The notes under the pieces are model-generated. The model made no database searches. It saw only the letters and a list, made by a program, of their open reading frames with translations, and was not told where the DNA came from. A stretch of DNA of 64,000 bases, taken from IMG/VR virus record IMGVR_UViG_3300025949_000001, positions 32,001-96,000 of that record; one strand, written 5' to 3'. Within the stretch, counting starts at the first letter, position 1. The number at the start of each line of letters is the position of its first letter. Position numbers and translations under genes: made by a program. Positions 21,627-30,591 of the stretch are shown piece after piece. The DNA comes from a virus.

Positions 21627-22333
21627 GCGGCAGCTCGCGGAGCGATATAGTGCTGCGCCCGGACCCTCTTCAACCACCCCTCAACGACACCGTAACTCGG
21701 CTCATCGGGCAGCGCCGTCCTGGCTGCGTCGAAGGCTGCGACCGTCTCGGCAATCAGCTTCTCTGCGGCGGTCGGGTCCTTCGCGACCTGCTCGCCGAAG
21801 TCGAGGTACTGCTGCGGGTCCTCTAGGGCCACCGTCAACCTCCCCGAGGTGTAAAGCTCAAGACCTTGGCGGCTCAGGCGCAGTAGGTGGCGCGCATGTT
21901 TGGCCGTGCGCTTGCGAGTGTCCGCGCTGAAAGACCCGTCGCCCCGGTTGAGCAGTTTCCGGCACTGGGCGACCGCGTATCCGCAGTAGGCGTCCCTCAC
22001 CAGGCGGGCGCTCGGGAAGGCGCTGCGAATGCCGACCAGTTCATCGCCAAGCGCCGTCTTGATCTCGTAACTCTCAAGGAAGAGCAGTTCAAGGACGGTC
22101 GGGTTGGACTTGAGCATCAGCCTCGCAGCTTTGGCCGCCTCGTGATACGTCACGTCGGGTTTGGTGGTGACGATGGAGTCGTTGGGCGCGGTCAGGCCCA
22201 TGAACCGGGTGGTGGGCCAGGTGAACACGCCGAGCCGGTCGATGTCGGAGTCGGGTCCGGCCAGGCCGTACGCGGTGGAGCCGACGACGCCGGCCAGCAG
22301 AACGCGCATGTCGGACTCCTCGGCGGCCGTCAC
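21623..22333 (-). CDS. RlaP/YcgL-like nucleotidyltransferase (pol beta superfamily)
   Basis: VVGSTAYGLAGPDSDIDRLGVF; LKSNPTVLELL. Confidence 0.85.
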   Translation of the reverse strand: MTAAEESDMRVLLAGVVGSTAYGLAGPDSDIDRLGVFTWPTTRFMGLTAPNDSIVTTKPDVTYHEAAKAARLMLKSNPTVLELLFLESYEIKTALGDELVGIRSAFPSARLVRDAYCGYAVAQCRKLLNRGDGSFSADTRKRTAKHARHLLRLSRQGLELYTSGRLTVALEDPQQYLDFGEQVAKDPTAAEKLIAETVAAFDAARTALPDEPSYGVVEGWLKRVRAQHYIAPRAAA

Positions 22334-22875
22334 AGTGTGGTCTCCAGTTCGCGGATGTTGGCCGCCCACCCGGCGACCCGGTCCACGTCCTGCTGCCGGA
22401 TGCCGAGGCTGATGTGCAGCAGCAGCGTCGGGATGCCGTCCTCGGTGCGCGTTTTCGCCCACTCGAAGTCGCCGGGCTCGAAGTCGTCGTCCAGCCATGC
22501 GAACGCCCGCTCGCCGACGTACGCCTCGACGGCGTCGCGCTTCCAGATTTGGCCGAACGGGAACGGTCCACGCGAGGGGAACTCGATCACCGGCAGTTGC
22601 GGCAGGCCGACCACGGGCGCCACGAGCCGGTTCGCCGAGTGCTCCCAGGTGGTGGCCCAGGCCAGGTCTACCAGGTGGGTCAGGGCGAGCAGCATGGGTC
22701 CGTGCGCAGGGTTGAGCCAGACACGGATGGAGCGTTTGCCGCTCTGTGCCCAATGCCAGCCGTCCGCGCCGGTGCGGACATGCCGGGTGGTGTATCCGTC
22801 GGGCCGCTGGGTGGGTTTCGCGCCGTAGGGGTTAAGCGGTCCGTCTACGTCGAGCAGGAGCAGGGGTTTGGTCAC
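22330..22875 (-). CDS. HAD phosphatase, Swiss-army-knife RNA-repair type
   Basis: LLLDVDGPLN, WATTW, AWLDDD. Confidence 0.85.
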   Translation of the reverse strand: MTKPLLLLDVDGPLNPYGAKPTQRPDGYTTRHVRTGADGWHWAQSGKRSIRVWLNPAHGPMLLALTHLVDLAWATTWEHSANRLVAPVVGLPQLPVIEFPSRGPFPFGQIWKRDAVEAYVGERAFAWLDDDFEPGDFEWAKTRTEDGIPTLLLHISLGIRQQDVDRVAGWAANIRELETTL

Positions 22876-23047
22876 GTGTCCTCCTGGGTTCGGTTGATGG
22901 TTGCGTGTTCGCGGGTGTCGCGCGATGTGTTTCGGGCCGGCCGCGTCGGCTGCGTCTCGATCCGGTCGCGGTCCGGTCGCGCCGGCCCGTGCCGTACGCG
23001 CCGGGCGTAGCGTGGTGGCCTGTCAGGATTCGAACAGTGGGGGGATC

Positions 23048-23506
23048 ATGCGCCGTCGTTCCGGCACGTCCGTTGTGGGTCTGCTTGTGGGTCTGGCCGT
23101 AGGTGTGGCCGGCTGCTCATCCAGCGCCCCGGCCACGCCCGCTCAGGTGCACCTGAAGGGCACACTCACCCTGTCCAGCGGCTACCTGGACAACTCGACC
23201 ACGAGTTACGTGCAGACCGACGGCGACCCTTGCGCCGGGGGCGAGGGTTACAGCGACATCAGTCAGGGCGTTGCCGTGACGGTCGGCAACCAGACGGGCG
23301 CCACCATCGGTGTGGGCGCGTTGAGCGGCGGGGTGGTGCAGGGTGCGCGGACTACCGGCACGGTGACGACGGGTACATGCGTGTTCTCGTTCGATGTGCC
23401 GGTGCCGGGCGGGCAGTCCGAGTACACGGTGACGATCTCGCATCGGGGGACGCAGACGTACACCCTGGACCAGGTTGCGGCGGGTATCGCGCTCACGCTC
23501 GGCTGA
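23048..23506 (+). CDS. Lipoprotein (inverted relative to neighbours)
   Basis: Signal peptide with lipobox VAGC. Confidence 0.75.
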   Translation: MRRRSGTSVVGLLVGLAVGVAGCSSSAPATPAQVHLKGTLTLSSGYLDNSTTSYVQTDGDPCAGGEGYSDISQGVAVTVGNQTGATIGVGALSGGVVQGARTTGTVTTGTCVFSFDVPVPGGQSEYTVTISHRGTQTYTLDQVAAGIALTLG

Positions 23507-23604
23507 TCGGGCGGCGGCGCCGGACATGCGCCCGCGCTGTTCCTGCCGGGCGACCCGTCGCAGTCCTGCACGATCAGCGCGGGGTCGGACGCTCCGTAGC
23601 CGGG

Positions 23605-24741
23605 TCACGAGATGCCTTCCAGGTAGACGGACTGGTCCACGGGGTTGCGGTAGGGCTGGTATCCACCGGCGGCAAGGATGCGCTTAGCTTCCTCACCCGC
23701 GCGGTCCGCCTCGGCGAGCGCGCGGCCGGTGGCGGTGGGGCGGGATTCTCCTACTGCGCGGGGGTGACAGTTAGGGCAGCGCCCGGGATGACTGGAGTCC
23801 CAGTCGATCATTCGGGTGGACTGCTCACACTCACCGCACCATGGCGGCCGACTACTACCAGCGCCTTCGTCTCTGCGGCGCGGTGCACCGAGGTCCTTGG
23901 CGCGGTAGATGGCGGTTCGTACGCGGTCGTTGGCGCCGGTCCAGTCGCGGTCGAGGGTGGCGATCAGGTCGGGCACCGTCCATCCGGCCGCGAGGGCCGC
24001 GGTGATGGGGGCGAGGAGTTGGGCTCGTTCGCTGCGGCCTGGTTGGCGTTGCAGGTCGAGTTTGTCGATGACGGTGTCCGCGTCGGGGTTGGGTTCTTGT
24101 TCGGCGTAGCCATCCCCCGCCGCCGCCCTAGGGCTTGCGTGGATCGCGACCGCTGGTCCGCTGGAGGTAGGAGGAGGTCTGTCTGTCTGAAAAACGTCTG
24201 TATAAGGAAGGGGAACGGCTGAGCCGTTTTCGGTGCGACCTGCGGAAACGGTCGTTTGTGCAGGTGGGACCGGGACCGCCTGGGCCGTTTCCGGTCCCAC
24301 CTGCGCGTTCGCATCATCCTGCCTGCTCGCGCCGACACCGGCTGAGCCGTTATCGGTCTGACCTGGCGTAATGAGGGTTTCCGCAGGTGGTACCGGCGAC
24401 GGCTGAGCCGGTGTCGGCCCCGCCTGGGCGTTTACCGATTCAGCGTAGATTGCGATGATTGTCGTCATCCGGCCGTCGGCCGACCTGACCTGAGTGCGCA
24501 CCAGGTGTCCGGCTGCGGCGAGTTCCTTGGCCGCCTCGAGGTAGGCGTCTCGGCCGCCGCCGCGCTTTCCGCTGCCGTAGTACTCAGCCACACCTGCGAT
24601 GGAACTGAACTTGTTCCCGTCGATGAGCAGACGTGCGAGTAGGCCAAGTGCGGCGAGGGACAAGTCCAGGTTGCGTGCGGCCTCGTTGGGGAAGCGCTCG
24701 AAGCCGCCGCGGTTCTTCGACAGGCGGGTCACCTCGATCAC
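23605..24741 (-). CDS. Phage replication initiator-like protein (N-terminal HTH)
   Basis: FERFPNEAARNLDLSLAALGLLARLL N-terminus; internal DNA repeats; C-terminal WCGEC...CPNCHP. Confidence 0.65.
   Translation of the reverse strand: MIEVTRLSKNRGGFERFPNEAARNLDLSLAALGLLARLLIDGNKFSSIAGVAEYYGSGKRGGGRDAYLEAAKELAAAGHLVRTQVRSADGRMTTIIAIYAESVNAQAGPTPAQPSPVPPAETLITPGQTDNGSAGVGASRQDDANAQVGPETAQAVPVPPAQTTVSAGRTENGSAVPLPYTDVFQTDRPPPTSSGPAVAIHASPRAAAGDGYAEQEPNPDADTVIDKLDLQRQPGRSERAQLLAPITAALAAGWTVPDLIATLDRDWTGANDRVRTAIYRAKDLGAPRRRDEGAGSSRPPWCGECEQSTRMIDWDSSHPGRCPNCHPRAVGESRPTATGRALAEADRAGEEAKRILAAGGYQPYRNPVDQSVYLEGIS
24216..24430. repeat. Four ~61-bp-spaced quasi-palindromic repeats (candidate iterons)
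   Basis: CGGCTGAGCCG at 24216, 24339 and 24400; CGCCTGGGCCG at 24277. Confidence 0.7.
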
Positions 24742-24851
24742 GCGGCGCACCCTGCTAGAGCCCAATGCTGCAGATGTAGTAGGGCAAGCACTACGGTGAC
24801 ATCTTTGAAGAGGTGGTCAACTTCTTGTGAGAAGTTCCCGAGGGGAGACGC

Positions 24852-25595
24852 ATGTCCGATGGATCGAAGCCGACCCGGCGAGAGAAGATCGCCAACGACC
24901 TGAGGAGTCAGATCAGGGAAGGCAAACTGCCGCCTGGGGCCGCCGTTCCGGGCGAGAACGCCATCGCGAAGGAGTACGGCGTTTCGCAGCCAACCGCGCG
25001 GGCCGCGTTGGCGATCCTCCGAGGTGAGGGGCTGATTCGCGTCGAGCGCGGCAAGGGCGCGTACGTGCGCGACTTCAAGCCGATCCTGCGTGACGCGACG
25101 ACGCGCCTGTCTGTCGAGCAGTGGGGGTCTGGGCATGCCATTTGGAGTGCGGACCTCCAGTTGCGCCCGCTGTCCATCGTTTCGGTGGATGTGACCGCGG
25201 GTGCTGCATCGCCTGACGTGGCCGCGCTGCTGGGTACAGCGCGGGTCGTCGTGCGTGACCGCGTGTATGCGGTTGACGGTCGGATCGTTCAGGCGGCGGT
25301 GTCCTATCTGCCGGCCGACCTCGTGAAGGGTTCGCCGATCGAGAGGCCCGACACTGGTCCAGGAGGTACATACGCCCGCCTGCGCGAGTTGGGGTTCGAG
25401 CCTGCGAAGTTCGTCGAGCAGGTCAGGATTCGCATGCCGCAGCCGGAGGAGCGCAAGCGACTGAAGCTGGATGTCGGCCAGCCGATCGCTGCAATCCGCC
25501 GCACGGCGGCGACTGAGACGGGGCGCGTTGTGGAGGTCAACGACATGGTCCTGGTGGGGGAGGCATACGTGCTGCAATGGTCATTCACCTCCTGA
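24852..25595 (+). CDS. GntR-family regulator with UTRA domain (KorSA-like)
   Basis: IREGKLPPGAAVPGENAIAKEYGVSQPTARAAL...GKGAYV. Confidence 0.9.
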   Translation: MSDGSKPTRREKIANDLRSQIREGKLPPGAAVPGENAIAKEYGVSQPTARAALAILRGEGLIRVERGKGAYVRDFKPILRDATTRLSVEQWGSGHAIWSADLQLRPLSIVSVDVTAGAASPDVAALLGTARVVVRDRVYAVDGRIVQAAVSYLPADLVKGSPIERPDTGPGGTYARLRELGFEPAKFVEQVRIRMPQPEERKRLKLDVGQPIAAIRRTAATETGRVVEVNDMVLVGEAYVLQWSFTS

Positions 25596-25609
25596 TTCCC
25601 GAGTGATCG

Positions 25610-25643
25610 AGAGCCCCGGTGCCCGCCGGGGCTCTTTTGTTTT
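25610..25643 (+). terminator. Intrinsic terminator
   Basis: AGAGCCCCGG...CCGGGGCTCT followed by a T-run. Confidence 0.8.
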
Positions 25644-25674
25644 CTATGTACTCCATGAACTAACTAGATCCTAC

Positions 25675-25709
25675 TTGACTTCTTAACAGATGTCACCCAT
25701 GCTGGGGTT
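25675..25709 (+). promoter_or_regulatory. Promoter of the excisionase-like gene (leaderless)
   Basis: TTGACT-17 nt-CATGCT-6 nt-ATG. Confidence 0.6.
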
Positions 25710-25937
25710 ATGAAGCTCACTGAGAACACGGCAACTGGAGTAGCCGCTGAGGGCGACTGGCTCACCGTCGCCGAGTTCGCGGCGATCTTCCGCATTTCAG
25801 ACGGAGAGGCCTACGCGGCGATCCACCGCGGCGAGATCCCGGGCGTGATCCGGATCGGAACCCGGCGCGGCTACCGCATCCCCCGCGCCTCGGTCGCCCC
25901 GTACGCCGAAGCCCAGCGCGTCAACGCCGCCGTTTAG
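25710..25937 (+). CDS. Excisionase-like HTH (MerR-type) protein
   Basis: WLTVAEFAAIFRIS...IHRGEIPG.IRIG...YRIP. Confidence 0.8.
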   Translation: MKLTENTATGVAAEGDWLTVAEFAAIFRISDGEAYAAIHRGEIPGVIRIGTRRGYRIPRASVAPYAEAQRVNAAV

Positions 25938-26034
25938 CGACCCCCGATCGCCGCCCGTGCGCCGCGCCGACCCCCCGGCGCGCGTGCGACACACCACCGA
26001 ACCGACCGGAACCGCCCGAGGAGAGAAGGCACCG

Positions 26035-26298
26035 ATGCAGATCTGGATCCTCACCAAGACCACCGACATCGACCCGACCCAGATCCTCGGCGCCTACGAC
26101 CAGCAACCCGGCACCCGCCGCTTCGCCGAGGAGGCGACCCGCATGCTCGAAGCCGCCGCACGCTCCCTGTACGGCGAGGGCGGCGAGCCGATCCCGGATC
26201 CGCTAGCCGTCTGCGGCCGGGGCGAGGACGGGTCGCTGAACCTGACCGTGCGCGACGACCTGCTCGCGCTCGAACCTATCGAGTACGTCACGGCCTGA
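26035..26298 (+). CDS. Hypothetical protein
   Basis: RBS; codon bias. Confidence 0.6.
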   Translation: MQIWILTKTTDIDPTQILGAYDQQPGTRRFAEEATRMLEAAARSLYGEGGEPIPDPLAVCGRGEDGSLNLTVRDDLLALEPIEYVTA

Positions 26299-26963
26299 CC
26301 GGCCCCCGCGCGCCGCCCGCGCCGGAAACCCGAACCCGAATCGAAGGAGCATCCCCGTGTCCTGCACCGCGAGCAAGTTCGACCGCGACTGCGGCGGCTG
26401 CCGCCATTGCGCCGACTGCCCTCCCACCCCCGGCGAGCCCGGAATCCTGCACCTCGACCCGCAGGCAGTCGCCGACGCCAGGGTCTGGCGGCGCCACCGG
26501 CTGCGCGAGCGGCTGATCGGCGACCGCGCCAACAACTGACCGGCCAGGCCGAGCGGCACGCTCCACGGTTCGAGCCCGTGGCGGCCACGCAGCACAGCAC
26601 GACCGCCGAACAGCAAGCGGCCCGACCGCGTCGCAGGCAGCCGGGCCACACGATCCAAGCCTGGAGGGGCAAGAACCGTGGACACCACCGTAGCAAGCGG
26701 CACCGACAGGGCCACTGGCCGCGCCGCCAAGCGCGTGAGTCGCGCCCTGGTCGCCGTGCGCACCAGCGGTCGCAGCGAGGCTGACATCGCCGCCCTGCGC
26801 CAGGCCCTGCGCCGCAGCGGCCAGCGCGTCACCCGCCGCCAGCTCACCCACCTGCTCGACCTCGCCGCCGGGAGCGCCGCCTGATGACCGCCGCCGCGAG
26901 CGTCTTGGCCCCGAGTCCGCACCTCGGGCCGGACGCTCGCGGCGGTGTGCTTTGCGCGCGGGC

Positions 26964-27401
26964 TCAGTCGCCCAGCGCGTCGTCGAGGAACTGTTGGACG
27001 GGCCCGAAGAACCCGTGCGGCACCAGCTCGGCGAGTTGGTCGCGCGGTGCCCAGGTGACCGCGTCGATCTCCTCCGGGTCGCCTACCTTGACCTGTCCGC
27101 CGACGACCTCGCACGCGACGTACGACATCTGCCGCCCGGTCGCGGGGTGCACGCGCTCCCCCAGCAGCGCCTCGGCCTTGACGTCCAGGCCGGTTTCCTC
27201 GCGTGCCTCGCGCACCGCCGCCTCCTGCGCGCTCTCCCCGTCCTCGATCGCGCCGGCCGGGAACTGCCACGACAGGCTTCCTTCAGTGACCCTGCGGCGC
27301 ACCATCAGCACGCGCCCGTCTTTGACGATCACGGCGGCGGCGATCGGCGGCCTCGGGTCGCTCGCGGGCGCGGTCGTCGGCTCAGTCTGCGGCTGGGTCA
27401 C
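26964..27401 (-). CDS. NUDIX hydrolase
   Basis: Intact box GAIEDGESAQEAAVREAREETGL. Confidence 0.9.
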   Translation of the reverse strand: MTQPQTEPTTAPASDPRPPIAAAVIVKDGRVLMVRRRVTEGSLSWQFPAGAIEDGESAQEAAVREAREETGLDVKAEALLGERVHPATGRQMSYVACEVVGGQVKVGDPEEIDAVTWAPRDQLAELVPHGFFGPVQQFLDDALGD

Positions 27402-28050
27402 GCTCGGCCTCCAGTGCGTCGAGGATCGGCGGGTACACGGTATCGGGCGGTATGAACCGGCCCAGGCTGTCGATCGGCGCCCACGCGACATCCAGATTCT
27501 CGAGGGTGTCGGCATTGCGGGCCTGGCCGGTCAGGTAGTCGCACAGCAGGTACTCGCACACCACGCCCGTGAGCGGGTGCACGCGGCGGCCCAGATGCTC
27601 GCGGACGGCGGCGTGCACGCCGGTCTCGGCGAGGGTTTCGCTCACCGCGACCGCAGCCGGGTCGGCGCCGGGTTTGACCACGCCGGCCGGGAACTGCCAG
27701 CGCAGCGCGGCATTCTGCCCGGCGCGCCGGCACACCAGCAGCACGCTGCCTTCGCGGCGCACGACCGCGATGGCGACCGTGAGTGCCTGCGGGCCGGCGA
27801 CGGCGTCGCCTTCGCGGGCTTCCAGCAGGTGGGTGAAGCGTTGCGTCGCGGCGGCCGGGGCTTGCTCCAGGGCGGTGTCCAGGATCTGCTGCACCTCGGC
27901 GCGCGGCACCAATGCGGGCTCGGCGTGCCAGGCGGCCACGGTGCGCACCGCGACCCCGAGGCTGTGCGCGAAGGACTCGTTGGTGTGGCGCAGTGCGGCT
28001 TGCAGCAGGCAGGCGCGTTCGCCGGTCCAGCGTTCGACCACGACCGCCAC
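27382..28050 (-). CDS. XRE-like HTH fused to a degenerate NUDIX domain
   Basis: NESFAHSLGVAVRTVAAW; box degenerated to GVVKPGADPAAVAVSETLAETGV. Confidence 0.8.
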   Translation of the reverse strand: MAVVVERWTGERACLLQAALRHTNESFAHSLGVAVRTVAAWHAEPALVPRAEVQQILDTALEQAPAAATQRFTHLLEAREGDAVAGPQALTVAIAVVRREGSVLLVCRRAGQNAALRWQFPAGVVKPGADPAAVAVSETLAETGVHAAVREHLGRRVHPLTGVVCEYLLCDYLTGQARNADTLENLDVAWAPIDSLGRFIPPDTVYPPILDALEAERDPAAD

Positions 28051-28188
28051 GGAACTCGCCCCTCGTCGGGACTGCACTGCCGCTGCACCGCCGCATCCTC
28101 GATTGCGCGGCCCGCAACCAATGTACTCATTCGCGTGGAACGCAAGAATGGCCTGGGCGCGGCTGGCGATAACCTCCGAGACTCCCGG

Positions 28189-28680
28189 TCAGCTCGGCAC
28201 GATCTGCGGAATGCCGCACGCCGCGTCGAACGGCCCCTGGTCCGCCACCATCCTGTCCAGGTCGCTCGTCAGCGCCGTCAGCGCCGCGTTCTGCTTATCG
28301 AGGTCGTGCGCCTGCTGGGCGCCCTGCAGCTGGATGTAGTCCGTCGAGAGGCGCTCCGCGTCCTGCGCGACGGCGACGCTGAGCGGGTCGGAGCCGCCGT
28401 TCTCGGAGAAGACCAGGGTCAGTTGCGTGTAGAACGCGCTGGCGTCCGCGGCCTGCTTGTCGTCGGGTCCGTTCGCGTCGGCGGCAAAGGTGGCCTGCAT
28501 GCCGGCGACCAGTGTCCGTGCGGCGGCGCACAGGGCCGGGTTCGGGCCGGTTGGTGCGGCGGAACCGGGGGCCGGGCCGGTCGGGGAGCCGCCTGCGGAT
28601 GGCCGGTTGACGCCGCTCGAGCAGCCCGCGAGCGCGATGAGCCCGGCCGTGATGGCTGCGGCTGCGGCGGTGTGGCGCAT
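28189..28680 (-). CDS. Lipoprotein
   Basis: Lipobox LAGC. Confidence 0.75.
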   Translation of the reverse strand: MRHTAAAAAITAGLIALAGCSSGVNRPSAGGSPTGPAPGSAAPTGPNPALCAAARTLVAGMQATFAADANGPDDKQAADASAFYTQLTLVFSENGGSDPLSVAVAQDAERLSTDYIQLQGAQQAHDLDKQNAALTALTSDLDRMVADQGPFDAACGIPQIVPS

Positions 28681-28809
28681 GTCGGTGTCCTCTCCCCCGC
28701 GCGGCCTGGTGCCGCGCACGCGCGCAGACTACGAGGTCTGCGACGCCCGGCGCGGCGCGTTGGCCGGATCGTGACCATCGCCCCCCGGGGGCGGCGCGAC
28801 CTCGGGCGA

Positions 28810-28919
28810 AAGAAGGCACGAAGTGTGGGGGGAACGCTCCTTTATGGCCAGCGTGACCCACGGGGGCAGTCCCATCTCTGGAGAGATGGATATATAGACC
28901 CAACACTTCGTGCCTTCTT
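28810..28919. repeat. 17-bp inverted repeat enclosing a second hairpin and an AT patch (candidate origin)
   Basis: AAGAAGGCACGAAGTGT / ACACTTCGTGCCTTCTT; inner CCATCTCT-GG-AGAGATGG. Confidence 0.65.
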
Positions 28920-28920
28920 C

Positions 28921-30216
28921 CTACCCTCCGGTAACCCGCAGGTTCCGCCGGTCGTCGCGGTTGGCTTTGCACACCTTGACGGCCAGGGCGCCGTACTCGC
29001 CGGCGAGGCGCCACGGGCGCGGGACGCCGTGCTGCGGCTCGTCGAACTCGGACTCCTCCTCGACTGGGCACGCCGCCAGGCCGACCACCTGAAGGTCCTC
29101 GGCGGTGCGCCGCGCGACATGCTTGTGCAGTCCTGTGCGGCGGTGCAGCTCGGCCACCGTCAACTCCTCCCCCAGCGACAACTCGGCGAGCACCGCCATG
29201 CGCGGACGCGGAATCGTGTCCAGCGCGCACTGGCGGCAGATCGCAGTCGCGAACTCGTCCGGCTCCCCCAGCGCCTTCAGCGACTTGGCCAGTGCCTCCA
29301 ACTGGTGAACCAGCCGAGGCGGCTCCTCGATGGTGGGCAGGCCCTCCACTTCGCGGCGTCCGTAGGGATTGCGCGGGACGTCCGCGCGGCCGTAGCACGT
29401 CACGATCGCCGCATCCTCGATGGCTTCGTACACCTCGTCCGAGAGGTCGATCGCGCGCACCAGGCCGCGAGCCTCGCGGACCAGCTCGGCGGCGTAGGCG
29501 GCGGCGTCCTTCTGCCGCTGCTTGAAGTCCACGCAGTTGCGGCGCTTGCGTGCGGCGGCGCGCTTGGACTCGCTGTCCGATTCCGGCAGGCGACAGTAGA
29601 GCCAGCGCGGGCCGAGCGCGTCGGTGTGGCTGGTGTAGTTGTCGATCGCCGGGGTGACGCCTGCGAGCAGCGTGAGTCGGCCGGTCCAGCGCAGCGGCTC
29701 CATGTTGCCCACATCGCGGCTGACGCTGCCGTCGTAGGCGCGGCGCAGCAGGGCGAACAACTGGTCTCGCCCGCCGCGATCGCTGGTCGCCAGCACGGTG
29801 GAGAAGTCGCCGATGGTGACGAAGGAGCGCGACGCGTTGCGCGACAGGATTCCGGTCGGCCGCGGGTTCTTGCCTTTCGACCACGAGAGCAGCGCCGGAC
29901 CGGTCAGGTCGTCCACGTGGTCTTGTACGACGTCGTTGAGCAGGTCGATGGCCTCGGTCTTGCCGCCGGAGGGCGCGCCGACGATCTGGCCCCACAGCGG
30001 GTCGCCGTCCAGGGCGGAGGATACGGCGACCGCGACGGCGAATCGTATGTGGCCGTCGCCGTTACCGAGGTAGAGGTATTCGGCGGCGAGTTCGAGCAGT
30101 CGCGCGAGGTTGGGTCCGGGCGGCGGCGGGATGTGCTTGGCGATCTCCGTGTCATCCCAGCCCTGTTCGCGCAGCGCGGCGGCGTCGTCAGGGCCGGGCG
30201 CGAGGGCGTCGCTCAT
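28921..30216 (-). CDS. P-loop ATPase, probable replicative helicase of a mobile element
   Basis: Walker A GAPSGGKT; LRRAYDG motif; C-terminal HTH. Confidence 0.65.
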   Translation of the reverse strand: MSDALAPGPDDAAALREQGWDDTEIAKHIPPPPGPNLARLLELAAEYLYLGNGDGHIRFAVAVAVSSALDGDPLWGQIVGAPSGGKTEAIDLLNDVVQDHVDDLTGPALLSWSKGKNPRPTGILSRNASRSFVTIGDFSTVLATSDRGGRDQLFALLRRAYDGSVSRDVGNMEPLRWTGRLTLLAGVTPAIDNYTSHTDALGPRWLYCRLPESDSESKRAAARKRRNCVDFKQRQKDAAAYAAELVREARGLVRAIDLSDEVYEAIEDAAIVTCYGRADVPRNPYGRREVEGLPTIEEPPRLVHQLEALAKSLKALGEPDEFATAICRQCALDTIPRPRMAVLAELSLGEELTVAELHRRTGLHKHVARRTAEDLQVVGLAACPVEEESEFDEPQHGVPRPWRLAGEYGALAVKVCKANRDDRRNLRVTGG

Positions 30217-30569
30217 GCGGCACGCTCCGGCGCGTCGGCCTGCTCGGCGAAGTACTGCTCGGGCGTGAGTCGGCCGGTGAAGTCCCCTGGTCTGGGTTTG
30301 GCCCGCTCAAGTTCGCGCTCGCGCCGCCCGGCATGCGAAGGCCGGTTCGCTCCGGAGCGAACCGTAGTCGCCAGGTGCGCCCACCAGGCCGCCATCTCCT
30401 CGTGCGCCGCAGCGTACCCGGCCTCGTACCCGTCGCCGTGTCCCGCGTCGTACGCCCACTGCTCGCGCCGCTGGACGTCGCGCAGTTCGGCGGCGAAGTT
30501 CGGCATCCACGGGCAGCGCGTCACTTCGCAGCCGCTGAGCCCAGCCGGACGTTCATCGAGGGCCGTCAC
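30213..30569 (-). CDS. Hypothetical protein
   Basis: Coupled to the ATPase gene. Confidence 0.55.
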   Translation of the reverse strand: MTALDERPAGLSGCEVTRCPWMPNFAAELRDVQRREQWAYDAGHGDGYEAGYAAAHEEMAAWWAHLATTVRSGANRPSHAGRRERELERAKPRPGDFTGRLTPEQYFAEQADAPERAA

Positions 30570-30591
30570 CGGACAGCCGCCGAACTGGCCG

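Noticed and set aside
26537-26590. T-arm-like hairpin CACGG-TTCGAGC-CCGTG
   Set aside because: No convincing acceptor stem or D arm; may be only a stabilising hairpin.
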